Below, piece after piece: positions 1 through 10,000 of a stretch of 23,844 bases of DNA; position 1 is the first letter of the stretch, and each line of letters opens with the position of its first letter. A program made the position numbers and the translations under genes. A model generated the notes under the pieces. It was not told the DNA's origin. It saw nothing but the letters and a program-made list of their open reading frames with translations, and made no database searches. Location of the stretch: the NCBI GenBank assembly GCA_964534375.1, contig CAZHPN010000034.1:17160-41003 (forward strand), in the 5' to 3' direction. This stretch comes from an uncultured bacterium. Its GTDB lineage: Bacteria; Lernaellota; Lernaellaia; Lernaellales; Lernaellaceae.

Positions 1-335
1 AGCACCGTGTCCATCATCCCCGGCATCGAGTCGCGCGCGCCGCTGCGCACGCTGACCAGCAGCGGGTTTTCCGCGTCGCCGAAGGTCGCGCCCATGATTT
101 TTTCGATGTGCCGCAGGCCCTTCTCGATCGCGGCCTCCAGCCCCTTCGGATAGGTCTGCTTATTTTCGTAGTAATAGGTGCAGACTTCCGTGGTGATCGT
201 GAAGCCCGCCGGCACCGGCACGCCGATCGCGCTCATTTCCGCCAGGTTGGCGCCCTTGCCGCCCAGCAGGTTGCGCATTTTCGCCGAACCTTCCGCCTTG
301 CCGTCGCCGAACGTATAAACGTACTTAGCCACCAT
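1..335 (-). CDS. ppdK: Pyruvate, phosphate dikinase, N-terminal part (runs off the left edge)
   Basis: Manual minus-strand translation from ATG at 335 gives [52 protein letters not shown]...[21 protein letters not shown], the classic PPDK N-terminus. A GAAGGAG RBS lies just upstream. Absent from the ORF track because it is truncated. Confidence 0.97.
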   Translation of the reverse strand, partial: MVAKYVYTFGDGKAEGSAKMRNLLGGKGANLAEMSAIGVPVPAGFTITTEVCTYYYENKQTYPKGLEAAIEKGLRHIEKIMGATFGDAENPLLVSVRSGARDSMPGMMDTV

Positions 336-372
336 AACCGATGCTCCTTCTTCCCTTAAACAAGTTGCGAGA

Positions 373-400
373 AACGTAAGCCGGTTATTTTTTTTGTCAA
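373..400 (-). promoter_or_regulatory. Putative sigma70 promoter for ppdK
   Basis: Minus-strand TTGACA (400-395), 16-bp spacer, TACGTT (378-373). Confidence 0.45.
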
Positions 401-491
401 TCGGGAACGGGGGCCGCTGGGAAGGTCCGAGCCGCTTGCGGCAAGCGCCCGTTTCGGCCTATAACCGCCAAGCCTTCAAGGAGAGCACAAC

Positions 492-2324
492 GTGGGCGAC
501 ATCACACGGCGCGACTTCATCAAACTGGCCATGACCACCGGCGCGGCCGCCGGCGCCTCCCTTTCGGGGATGGGCGAAATCGCCAAGGCGTGGGCCGCGA
601 GCGCCAGGTGGCCGATCGACCACGACGTAGCGACGACGTTGCAGAAGACCATCGCCTTCGACCGCAAGATTTCCGGGCTCGGCCGCCACGAACTGCCGCG
701 GATTTCCCAATACCAGCGCCACGGCTACGGCCTGTGGACGCCCGGCCCGGGCCTCCCCGCCGAGCCGCGGACCGATATCATGCCGGCCGGCTACGCCCCT
801 GCCGGCGTCGCCGCAAGGGCGAAACTCTTGAATTTCTTCGCCTTCACCGACATTCATATCACGGACAAGGAATGTCCGTCGCAGCTGATTTATCTGCAGC
901 AAATGCACTACCCGACCCCGCTGCGCGGCCTCGAGAAACTGGGTCCCTATCCGTGGGCCTTCATGACCTCGTGCTATTCGCCGGTGATGCTGTACACGAC
1001 GCACGTGCTCGACGCCGCCGTGCAAACGGTCAACGCCCTGCACCGGCAGCGGCCGTTCGATTTCGGCATCTCCCTGGGCGACACGTGCAACTCCACGCTG
1101 TACAACGAAACGCGCTGGTACATCGACGTGCTCGACGGCAAGTTCATCACGCCGAGCTCCGGCGCCCATCTCGGGGCCGACAAAATCGATTATCAGCGGC
1201 CGTATCAGGCGGCGGGGCTCGACAAGTCGATCCCCTGGTACCAGACGCTCGGCAACCACGATCACTTCTACATCGGGTCGCTGCCCATGACCGACTTCCT
1301 GCGCCAGTCGCTCGTCAGCGACACGGTGCTCGCCCTCGGCGACGTCATGCTCAGCCGCGCCAATATCACCAATCCGCCGCTCTACTACATGGGCGCGCTC
1401 GACGGTTCGACGCCGAACGGCGACATCATCGGCGCCGGCCCCGTCGCCGCGTTCGAACGCGCGCCGAAGGTCGCGGCCGACCCCAACCGCCGTTCGCTGG
1501 CGCGAACCGAATGGATCGACGAATTTTTTCAGACCACTTCCGAGCCGGTCGGCCACGGTTTTCATTTGGTCGACCCCGGCCAGGAAAAAGGCTTTGCCTG
1601 TTACAGCTTCGCGCCCAAGGCGAAGCTGCCGCTCAAGGTGATCGTGCTCGACGACACGCAAATCGAGACCGACGGTTCAACCGACATTCACGGGCACGGC
1701 TTCCTCGACGCACCCCGCTGGACCTGGCTGAAGAAAGAACTCGCGGCCGGCGACGCCGCCGGTCAGCTCATGATCATCGCGGCGCACATTCCGATCGGGG
1801 TCGACCTGGGCCAACTTGCCTGGTGGAACGATCCGCAAAACGCCGTGACGTTGAAGGACCTGATCGCGGAGCTTCATCGCCATCCGAACCTGCTGCTGTG
1901 GATCGCCGGGCATCGCCATGTGAATATCGTCAAGGCGTTTGTCACCAACGACGCGACTCATCCGGAAAACGGTTTCTGGCACGTGGAAACCTCGGCCTTG
2001 CGCGATTGGCCGCAGCAATTCCGCACCTTCGAGATCGCGCTCAACAGCGATTACACGATCTCGATCGTGACGGTCGAGGTCGATCCGGCGGTCAAAGAGG
2101 GCACGCCGGCCGCGAAATCGCGCCAGGTCGCCATCGCCGCGTATCAGATCACCGCCAACAATCTGAGCCCCAACGTGCTCGGCGCCGATCCGACGATTTC
2201 GCCGACGGTCCCCGATCCGACGGTCAAGTCGATGCTGCCGTCGTGTTCGTACAATGCGACGCTGTTCAAGCAACTGAGCCCGCAAATGATCCAGAAGCTG
2301 AAGACGCTCTACCCGCCGACCTGA
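492..2324 (+). CDS. Tat-exported calcineurin-like metallophosphoesterase (TIGR03768/RPA4764-like), paralog 1
   Basis: Twin-arginine signal ITRRDFIK. Metal-binding motifs TDIH, LGDTCN, GNHDH, AAHIP and GHRH. AAGGAG RBS precedes the GTG start. Confidence 0.88.
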   Translation: MGDITRRDFIKLAMTTGAAAGASLSGMGEIAKAWAASARWPIDHDVATTLQKTIAFDRKISGLGRHELPRISQYQRHGYGLWTPGPGLPAEPRTDIMPAGYAPAGVAARAKLLNFFAFTDIHITDKECPSQLIYLQQMHYPTPLRGLEKLGPYPWAFMTSCYSPVMLYTTHVLDAAVQTVNALHRQRPFDFGISLGDTCNSTLYNETRWYIDVLDGKFITPSSGAHLGADKIDYQRPYQAAGLDKSIPWYQTLGNHDHFYIGSLPMTDFLRQSLVSDTVLALGDVMLSRANITNPPLYYMGALDGSTPNGDIIGAGPVAAFERAPKVAADPNRRSLARTEWIDEFFQTTSEPVGHGFHLVDPGQEKGFACYSFAPKAKLPLKVIVLDDTQIETDGSTDIHGHGFLDAPRWTWLKKELAAGDAAGQLMIIAAHIPIGVDLGQLAWWNDPQNAVTLKDLIAELHRHPNLLLWIAGHRHVNIVKAFVTNDATHPENGFWHVETSALRDWPQQFRTFEIALNSDYTISIVTVEVDPAVKEGTPAAKSRQVAIAAYQITANNLSPNVLGADPTISPTVPDPTVKSMLPSCSYNATLFKQLSPQMIQKLKTLYPPT

Positions 2325-2466
2325 GCGAACCGTCGGGACGTCTCCGGCGCCCCGGGGTTCGGAGTTTTGTCCCCGGTAAGCGCATGCGACATTGGAACGC
2401 GAAGACGATTCTTGACAACAATGACAAAATTTCGTAATCATAAATCCTTGAACAAGGAGAATCGCT

Positions 2467-4386
2467 GTGACGCAACGACCGGACGCTCTAACACGGAGGC
2501 TCGCGCTTCAAGGCGCGCTGCTCACGGGCAAAATGACACGGCGCGAATTCCTCAACCTGGCCATGACCACCGGCGCGGTGGCCGGCGCGTCCCTGTCGGG
2601 GATCCTGGCGTTCTCCGCCGCCGGCTGCGCGAACAACCGCGCCGCGGGATCTGGCCAGCGCGTTCTCACGACGCTCGATCAGACGATTTCGTTCGACAGA
2701 AATATTTCGGGGCTCCAGGATTTCGAGCTGTCGCAGGTTTCGCAATATGCCCGCTGGGGTTACGGCGTTTGGCGTCCCGGCCCGGGGCTGCCGTCCGATT
2801 TGCGGACCGACATCATGCCGGCCGGCTACGCCGCCGCCTCCGCCGTACAAAAGGTGAAACTTCTGAATTTCTTCGCCATCACGGACATCCATATCACCGA
2901 CAAAGAAAACCCGTCGCAGTTGATTTATTTGCAACAGAACCCGGACGTCCCGCCGCCCCCGTACGACGTGCTGGGTCCGCATCCATGGGCCTTCGAGAGT
3001 TCGGTGTATTCGCCCGTGATGCTGTACACGACGCATGTGCTCGACGCCGCCGTCCGGGCGATCAACGGTTTGCACCAACAGAACCCCTTCGATTTCGGCA
3101 TCTCGCTGGGCGACGTGTGCAACAGCACGCTGTACAACGAAACGCGCTGGTACATCGACGTCCTGGACGGCAAGCTCATTACCCCGAGTTCCGGCGCCCA
3201 TCTCGGCGCCGGCTCTATCGATTACCAAAAACCGTTCCAGGCGGCGGGACTCGACAAGACGATCCCCTGGTACCAGGCGCTCGGCAACCACGATCATTTC
3301 TGGATGGGCGGCATGCCGCTGACCGCTTTTCTGCAGCAATCGCTGATCGGCGACGCCATCCTCGCCGCCGGCGACGTTCTCGACGTGTTCAACAATATCG
3401 ACACCCCGCCGCTATACTACATGGGCGTGCTCGACGGTTCGACGCCGCTGGGCAACATCATCGGCGCCGGACCCGTCGCCACCTTCGCCAGCGCCCCGCA
3501 GGTCGCCGCCGATCCGAACCGCCGTTCGCTGTCGCGAACCGAGTGGATCGCTGAATTCTTTACGACATCGTCCAATCCGGCCGGTCACGGCTTCAACTTG
3601 GTGGACCCCACCCAGCCAGCGGGCTTTGCCTGTTACAGTTTCATGCCGAAAGCGAATGTCCCCCTCAAGGTGCTCGTGCTCGACGACACGCAATTGGAAA
3701 CGGACGGCTCCACGGACATTCACGGGCATGGCTTTCTCGATGCGGCCCGCTGGGCCTGGCTGCAAAGCGAACTCGCCGCCGGCGACGCCGCGGGCCAGCT
3801 CATGATCATCGCCGCGCACGTGCCGATCGGCGTCGGCGCCGGTGAGATGGGGTGGTGGAACGAACCGGCAAATCCTGTCAAAAACGCCTGCACCCTGCCG
3901 GAACTGCTCGCGGCGCTCGAAAGCCATCCGAATCTGCTCATGTGGATCGCCGGACATCGTCACATGAATGTCGTCAAAGCGTTTGTCTCGACCGATTCCG
4001 CCCATCCGGAAAACGGTTTCTGGCACGTGGAAACGTCGTCCTTGCGCGATTACCCGCAGCAGTTGCGCACGTTCGAGATCTTCCTCAACAGCGATTACAC
4101 CGTCTCGATCGTCACCACGAACGTAGACACGTTCGCCCCCGACGGCACGCCGGCCGCGACGTCGCGCACCTATGCCGTCGCGACGCAGCAAATCGTCGCG
4201 AACGATCTGAGTCCGAACGTTCCCGGCGCCGATCCGACGATTCCGCAACCCGATCCGGCGGACCCGACGGTTCCCGATCCGACCGTCAAGTCGATTGCGC
4301 CGACGTATTCGTATAACGCAACGCTGTACAAGCAGTTGAGCCCGCAGATGGTCGGCACGCTGAAGACGCTTTACCCCGCGCTATAG
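2467..4386 (+). CDS. Tat-exported metallophosphoesterase (TIGR03768/RPA4764-like), paralog 2, probable lipoprotein
   Basis: MTRREFLN Tat motif, then the lipobox-like FSAAGC. Same metal motifs as paralog 1 with long identical blocks (YSPVMLYTTHVLDAAV, CNSTLYNETRWYIDVLDGK). AAGGAG RBS at about 2453. Confidence 0.88.
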   Translation: MTQRPDALTRRLALQGALLTGKMTRREFLNLAMTTGAVAGASLSGILAFSAAGCANNRAAGSGQRVLTTLDQTISFDRNISGLQDFELSQVSQYARWGYGVWRPGPGLPSDLRTDIMPAGYAAASAVQKVKLLNFFAITDIHITDKENPSQLIYLQQNPDVPPPPYDVLGPHPWAFESSVYSPVMLYTTHVLDAAVRAINGLHQQNPFDFGISLGDVCNSTLYNETRWYIDVLDGKLITPSSGAHLGAGSIDYQKPFQAAGLDKTIPWYQALGNHDHFWMGGMPLTAFLQQSLIGDAILAAGDVLDVFNNIDTPPLYYMGVLDGSTPLGNIIGAGPVATFASAPQVAADPNRRSLSRTEWIAEFFTTSSNPAGHGFNLVDPTQPAGFACYSFMPKANVPLKVLVLDDTQLETDGSTDIHGHGFLDAARWAWLQSELAAGDAAGQLMIIAAHVPIGVGAGEMGWWNEPANPVKNACTLPELLAALESHPNLLMWIAGHRHMNVVKAFVSTDSAHPENGFWHVETSSLRDYPQQLRTFEIFLNSDYTVSIVTTNVDTFAPDGTPAATSRTYAVATQQIVANDLSPNVPGADPTIPQPDPADPTVPDPTVKSIAPTYSYNATLYKQLSPQMVGTLKTLYPAL

Positions 4387-4395
4387 GAGGAGCCG

Positions 4396-4764
4396 ATGAA
4401 GACGACGAATCTCGTTTTGCTGTTGGTGGCGTTGGTGACGGCCGCCAGCTTTGCGGCCTGGGGCTGCGGCGGCAAAAGCAGCGGCGACGCGAGCAACAAC
4501 GCGGACGATGACGACGACAACAGCGGCGGCGCGGTCGCTCAGGCCTGCAACGCCTTCGTGGCCAAATGCGGCGCCGGCGCGCTTCCCGAATACACCTGCG
4601 CAGAGTTGGAAACCGCTGCGGCCGACGCTTGCATTTCGACCGTCACCCTCATTTGGTTCCAATGTCTGACCGGCACGGGTTGCACGAACGCGAATGCGAT
4701 CGACGCGTGCACGGCGACCTACGACGACGCCGTGGAAGAGTGCGAAAATCCCTACGGACGATAA
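4396..4764 (+). CDS. Small Cys-rich acidic lipoprotein, hypothetical
   Basis: AGGAGG RBS overlaps the previous stop codon. Signal peptide ends in AAWGC, followed by a poly-Asp linker (ADDDDDN) and 8 further Cys. Confidence 0.8.
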   Translation: MKTTNLVLLLVALVTAASFAAWGCGGKSSGDASNNADDDDDNSGGAVAQACNAFVAKCGAGALPEYTCAELETAAADACISTVTLIWFQCLTGTGCTNANAIDACTATYDDAVEECENPYGR

Positions 4765-4809
4765 TGTGAACATTCTCGCCGGACCGGGGCCGCACCCGCG
4801 AACTCCCCG

Positions 4810-6519
4810 CTAACGGCGGCGCTGATAGATCGTCAATTGCCCTTCCTGGTAGATCGGCGCAAACGATTGGGCGCGCAGGTAGGCGTCGACGTCGTCGGTC
4901 GCGCGCATCCAGGGCGGCCGGCATAGACCCGGATGGCGCACCACGTAATCGATGTGCGCCATGTTCTCGGCGAAGTGCTGCCAATCGACCGCGTAGCGGC
5001 GATTCAGCACATGCGCGAGCATGCAGGGCTCGCCGGCGACGCCGGCCTCCGGCGGCACGTAGCGCGCGATGGCCGCCTCGACCAGTGGCACGTCCGGATG
5101 CGCCGGTCGCCAATCCTTGCGGAGCTGATAGGACTCCGGCCAGCCGTATTGCAAAAGCGCGGTCGCCAGCAAGGCGATCGCGAGCCCGCGTTGCAAGGTC
5201 CGGCGTTCCATATCCCATTGGGCAAGCATCCAACGCTCGACGCGGGGCAGAACGCAAATCAGGCCGTAGAACAAATAGGGGATGAACTCGCCGACGTGGT
5301 GATCGGTGAAGCTAAGTTCGCAGCCGCCGGGCGAAAGGCTGTAAATCAAGACAAACGCCGCCAGCGGCAGCGCGGTCGGCAGGAACGCCGCCGGCAGGAA
5401 CCAGCAGGGGCCGATCACCTGATACAGAAAATCGAATAATCCGGGGTGAAAGATGTTGCGGCACACGAGGCCGGGATTCGTCGCCGCGGTGGTGAGGAAT
5501 TGGCCCCACGTGGCGCCCATGTCGGGGTACTGATCCAGAACGTGAGAGCTGATGCCCTCGATGGCGGGCAGCGCCATCAACTCGAACACGCCGACGGCGC
5601 TGCCGGCAATGGCGAGCGCAATTCCGTGCCGGCGAAATTCTTGGGACGCGAGGGCGGTTCCGACGCCGAACGCCGCCAGGCCGATCCAGATCGTTTCCTT
5701 GCAGGCCAGGGCGAGAATCGCCAGCGCCCAGAACCACCCGAAGCGGCGCTTCTCGAAGCAGACAAACGCGCCCAGCAGCAGCGGTATCGACGGCGCGTTC
5801 GAGTGATATTCGTACTTGAGCAGCGCGTGCAGCGGCATATAGGCCAGGAACAGCAGCGGAATGACCCATTGCAGACCCGGCGAGTCCGTCTTTTGCCGCG
5901 CGAGCATCCAGACGAGCAACGCCGACGCCGGAACAATGATATTCTGGCCGATCGTCAACACGAGCGGGCTGCGAAAAACCGCCACGAACGGCAGAAACAC
6001 CAGGTTGATGGGATCGACATAGTCGGAAAACAGCGGCCCCGGCGGCATCAGGCAGGTGAAATAGAAATGCCCGTGCAACGTATTCCACAGTTCTTGGTAG
6101 AAGACGGAAATATCGAACACGTTGATGCGCCAATTGACATAGCGCAAGGCGGCGATCGCCGTCCACAGCGCGAGGTAACCGGCGGTGAACGCGCCGACCG
6201 TCGCCAGCGGACGTCGTTCGTACCACGCGGTGACGCGGTCATAAACTGCGACCAGGGCCCGAAACGCCAACGTCGCCCGAACGCGCGCCGCGCCGCCGAT
6301 GGCCCAGGTCGCCAGGCCGCCGGCGAGGGAAAAAACCGCCAGATCCTTGACGATGTGCAGAACGTAACCGCCGATCGCAACACGGCCGAAAAACAGCACG
6401 ATCAGCGCGAGCAGCAAGAAGACGTCGGTAGTGAGCGCCGCCACGGCGGCCAGCGTTTTGCGGCTGCCGCCCAACAACTTGCGGGCGACGGAGGTGTCGG
6501 ACGGCCGGCCCTGGTCCAT
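4810..6519 (-). CDS. DUF2079-like polytopic membrane protein (GT-C fold glycosyltransferase)
   Basis: Start reassigned to ATG 6519 (MDQGRP...), with a GGGAG RBS just after the upstream gene's stop. Many TM helices. Motifs FDISVFYQELWNTLHG, YEYH and LACKE resemble DUF2079. Confidence 0.75.
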   Translation of the reverse strand: MDQGRPSDTSVARKLLGGSRKTLAAVAALTTDVFLLLALIVLFFGRVAIGGYVLHIVKDLAVFSLAGGLATWAIGGAARVRATLAFRALVAVYDRVTAWYERRPLATVGAFTAGYLALWTAIAALRYVNWRINVFDISVFYQELWNTLHGHFYFTCLMPPGPLFSDYVDPINLVFLPFVAVFRSPLVLTIGQNIIVPASALLVWMLARQKTDSPGLQWVIPLLFLAYMPLHALLKYEYHSNAPSIPLLLGAFVCFEKRRFGWFWALAILALACKETIWIGLAAFGVGTALASQEFRRHGIALAIAGSAVGVFELMALPAIEGISSHVLDQYPDMGATWGQFLTTAATNPGLVCRNIFHPGLFDFLYQVIGPCWFLPAAFLPTALPLAAFVLIYSLSPGGCELSFTDHHVGEFIPYLFYGLICVLPRVERWMLAQWDMERRTLQRGLAIALLATALLQYGWPESYQLRKDWRPAHPDVPLVEAAIARYVPPEAGVAGEPCMLAHVLNRRYAVDWQHFAENMAHIDYVVRHPGLCRPPWMRATDDVDAYLRAQSFAPIYQEGQLTIYQRRR

Positions 6520-6529
6520 GAATCTCCCG

Positions 6530-7054
6530 CTAGCGCACGCAACGGACGAGGCGGTCGAGCGCGGTGAAGTCGCCGAGCACCGAGCCGACGCGGAAATGGA
6601 CGCCCCAGGCGTAGATCGCGGTGTCCGCGACCGGCGACGCCGACCAATAGAACCACGTGGCGCCGCCAAGCTCGCCCGGCCAGCAAACGCCGGTCGGTCG
6701 CTCGTGGTCCGGGCAGCCGCGACAGGCGTCCTTCCCGCAATCCAACGTCGTGCACGAATCCGTCGTTTCGCAGGCGCCGCCGCTTTCGGTCGGGGGGCAC
6801 CCGCGGATCAAGCTCCGCAACTCCGCAATCGTCGGCAACCGCCAGTCGGCGTGGCCGCCCAGGTTCAGTTGTTCGCAATGCGTTTTTGCATGGGCCCAAT
6901 TCATCCCACCGCCGGTCGGCGATATCTGCCACATCAGGCCCGTCGCCGGGTCGGTCCAAGCGCTCTTGTCGTCCTTTTCGCCGGCGCTGTAGCTCGCGAT
7001 CCCAACCGCGAGAATCAACAAGGCGACCAGAGCGAGGAAAAATGATTTCTTCAT
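6530..7054 (-). CDS. Secreted DUF1566 (Lcl C-terminal-like) domain protein
   Basis: Probable start ATG 7054 (MKKSFFLALVALL..., signal peptide). Motifs WTDPATGLMWQ, W..A..HC..L.LGGHADWRLPTIAELRSL, FYWSAS, AWGVHF and VRCVR. Confidence 0.88.
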   Translation of the reverse strand: MKKSFFLALVALLILAVGIASYSAGEKDDKSAWTDPATGLMWQISPTGGGMNWAHAKTHCEQLNLGGHADWRLPTIAELRSLIRGCPPTESGGACETTDSCTTLDCGKDACRGCPDHERPTGVCWPGELGGATWFYWSASPVADTAIYAWGVHFRVGSVLGDFTALDRLVRCVR

Positions 7055-7062
7055 CGCTCGTC

Positions 7063-10000
7063 TTACTCCATCGAGCCGTTGAAGCAGAAGTGCCGCCAAC
7101 CCGCGTTGGCGGTCGACGTGACGAACGAAATTTCTTTGTCCTGCCCGCGAAGATCCTCGGGGATATCGACGTTGAAATCCCACCAGCCGGGCCGCATCGT
7201 CGCCGACTTTTTCAAGACCTCGCGGCCGTCGACGAGGATGACGAAATCGACCGGTTGCGGGCCGCGCTTCGACCCATAGCGCGCGGCCGCGTCGGTCACG
7301 CCGAAAAAGCCCTTGAGCGACGAACGCAGCCGCAGCGGGCCGTACGTCAGTACGCGCTTGCCGCCTTTCGGCGGATGCATCCAGATCGCATCGCGGATTT
7401 CGCCGCGGCTCTTTTGGCGCGTCAGCGCGACGGCGTCCCACAGGTCCGGGCCGCACACCCAGCGCCGGTGCAGGATGCCTTCGCCGAACGGGCCGTACTC
7501 CTCGAACGAATGCTTGCCGCCGCGCAGATAGCGGAACGTTTCGTCGGGGCCGAAACATCGCCGCGCGCCGCGGCCGTCGACGACCGCCGCTTTTGCCTCG
7601 GCGAGGTGCTCGTCGAAGCGGTAGGCCCGCGCCGCCAGGTCCGCGACGGTTTCGGGGAAGCGTTCGACGATCGGATCGACGCCGATCGGGAACGACGTGC
7701 CGGTCTGCATTTCTTCGACCGCGAACGCCAAATCGACCTCGCGATTCCGGAAGTTCTCCGTGTCGATCGTCACGTGTTTCCAACCGACGACGTAATCGAC
7801 CTTTTGCTTCAGCAGTTGTTCGCCGTCGGCCGTGACGGTCAACGTTTCCGCCGGATACGGCTTGAAGCGGTCGGTGACGGCGTCGTCGCCGAGACCGTAG
7901 ACGAGATGCACGCGGTCGCCGAGCGTGACGTGTTCGAAGACAATCGACGCCTTTTTCGCCGGTCCGGGATGCAGGCGAATCGCGCGGCGGAACACGCCCA
8001 GGCTGGTCACGCCGTCGGCGGCGACGGACGTCTTTTTACGATACCAGCCTTCCTGCGGATACTCATCGGCGGAGGAATAATCGAAATACCAGTCGTGCAA
8101 TTTGTCGAGAAAGGCCGCGATTTTTTCGCCGTGGGAAAATGTCTCGGATGGCGGGCCGGCGGACCAATCGGTGAATTCGATTTTGCGGCCGCCGTTTACC
8201 GCGCTGGCCTTGGCGTACAGTAACCGATCGAGCAGATGCTCAGCCGCCGGGTCGCCGGGGGCGCGATAGCGCAAGTCGGCGAATTTCTCGGGCCGCGTCG
8301 GGGCGACGCGGAATTCGCAGTCGAACGTGACCGGGATCAGCTGATACGCCGCTTTTTCGCCCGGCGGAAAACGCAAGCGCAGCAGCACGCCGGTCGAGCA
8401 GCGGTAGGCGTCCGCCCGGCCCGGCGGACGCAGCAGCGTGCCCAGCGAATAGGCGATCAGACCGTTTTTGTATTCCTCGATTTCCCGCGTCGCCCGCCCG
8501 CCCAGGCCGACAACGACGTCCGCGCCGAGGTCGACGGCGCGCCGCGCGAGCAGTTGATCTTGCGGGTCGAGCAGCGTCGCGAAGTCGGGCGCCACGGGGA
8601 AAAAGACCACCAGCCGCCCTTCCCGGCCGACCGCCTTCTTCGCGGTGGACACCGCCCTTTCCCAATCGGCGATCAGGGCGTCGCCCGGCTCGCGCAGGTG
8701 GGGGCGGTCGGTGAAGACGTGCTGGCCGATGTTCACGAACGCGATCTGTTCGCCGCGGACCGTCAGGATTGTCGGCAGCGCTTTCGCGCAATCGAGTTGC
8801 CGCGGCACGACCGCCAGGCCGGCCTGGCGGAGTTGCGCGGTCGGGTCGTCCGACACGCCGCGCGCCGGGGCCATGACGACGGCGCCGACGCCGGCCGCGG
8901 CCAGCGGCGAGATCGCGTCGGCGAACGGCGCGATCGGCGGCGTGGTCGCTTCGACGATGCCGTCGCGCCAGGTCGTGCGGTAGGGCTCGTAACCGGTCAC
9001 CGCGAGATCGGCGGAGCCAAAGATCCCGGCGATGCGCGCGAACGGGTTCTCGCCGCGCGGCGGCGCGGCCCAGGGATACGACCCCGAGCTGACCAGGCCG
9101 CCAAGCACGAGCGACGGATCGTCGCCGCCGGCGATTTCGACCGGCGTGAACGGCTGGGCCGTGAGCACGGAAACCCGCAGCGTGAAGCGCTCCTTCGTTT
9201 CAAAATGGGCGATCATGCGCGTGCGCGCCTGCAGATATGCGGCAAGGTGCCCGGCGTACCGGCCGGGGTAGAGCACGAGAACGATGCGCCGGCCGGTCGC
9301 GACGATGCGGTCGAACTCGTCGGGGGATTGGAACGGCACGAAATCCCGCCGCGGGTAGAACCGTTTGAAGGTTTCGCCCCAAAAGGCCGGAAACACGGCG
9401 ACGATGTCGCCGGGCTCGCGGACTTTTTCCACATATTTCACCGCGTCGCCCCAGTCGCTCGGCTTGTCGTAACAGGCGTGCACGGCCATGACGCTCTGCA
9501 CGGCAATCGCGAACGCCAGCGGCGCCCACACGAACACGGTGCGGAAGCGCGCCAGCGCGGCGGCGGCAAGGCACGTCAGCACGGGCACGAGATAGACGAT
9601 GTAACGCGTCGAGACCGGGTTGTCGGCGGACAAACGCCAAGTCGCGGCCAGGCTGGGCACGAGAATCGCGAGGCCGGCGAGAACGCCCCGACGTTTGAGC
9701 AGCGCCATGCCGGCGACGACCAGCACGGCCATGCCGATCGCGAACGGCACGGCGTAACCCGGTTTGGCGCCGAAGCCGAGGAAAAAATCGAGCCCGATGG
9801 CCTTGAAAAATCCCCACACCGTGCGGGGCGCGCCGCCGTACATGCTCTGGCGCGACTGCGTGAAGCGAATGACATACACGACGCGCGCGAGTTGGATGAT
9901 GACGATGGCCACGGCGATCGCCGCCGCATACAGCAGGCGCGGCAGTTCCGGAATGAGCCGGCGATTCTTGACAAAATCGGCGATCAAGAGCAGCGCCAGC

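Noticed and set aside
108..359. 83-aa plus-strand ORF
   Set aside because: It is the antisense shadow of ppdK.
2412..2445. TTGACA upstream of phosphoesterase paralog 2
   Set aside because: No convincing -10 element at 16-18 bp spacing, so it was not called as a promoter.
459..4358. Long alternative-frame and antisense ORFs over the phosphoesterases (e.g. 459-1661, 590-2437, 2367-3554, 2488-3339)
   Set aside because: Arg/Ala/Pro-rich shadow ORFs typical of high-GC coding DNA. They carry no motifs and fully overlap well-supported genes.
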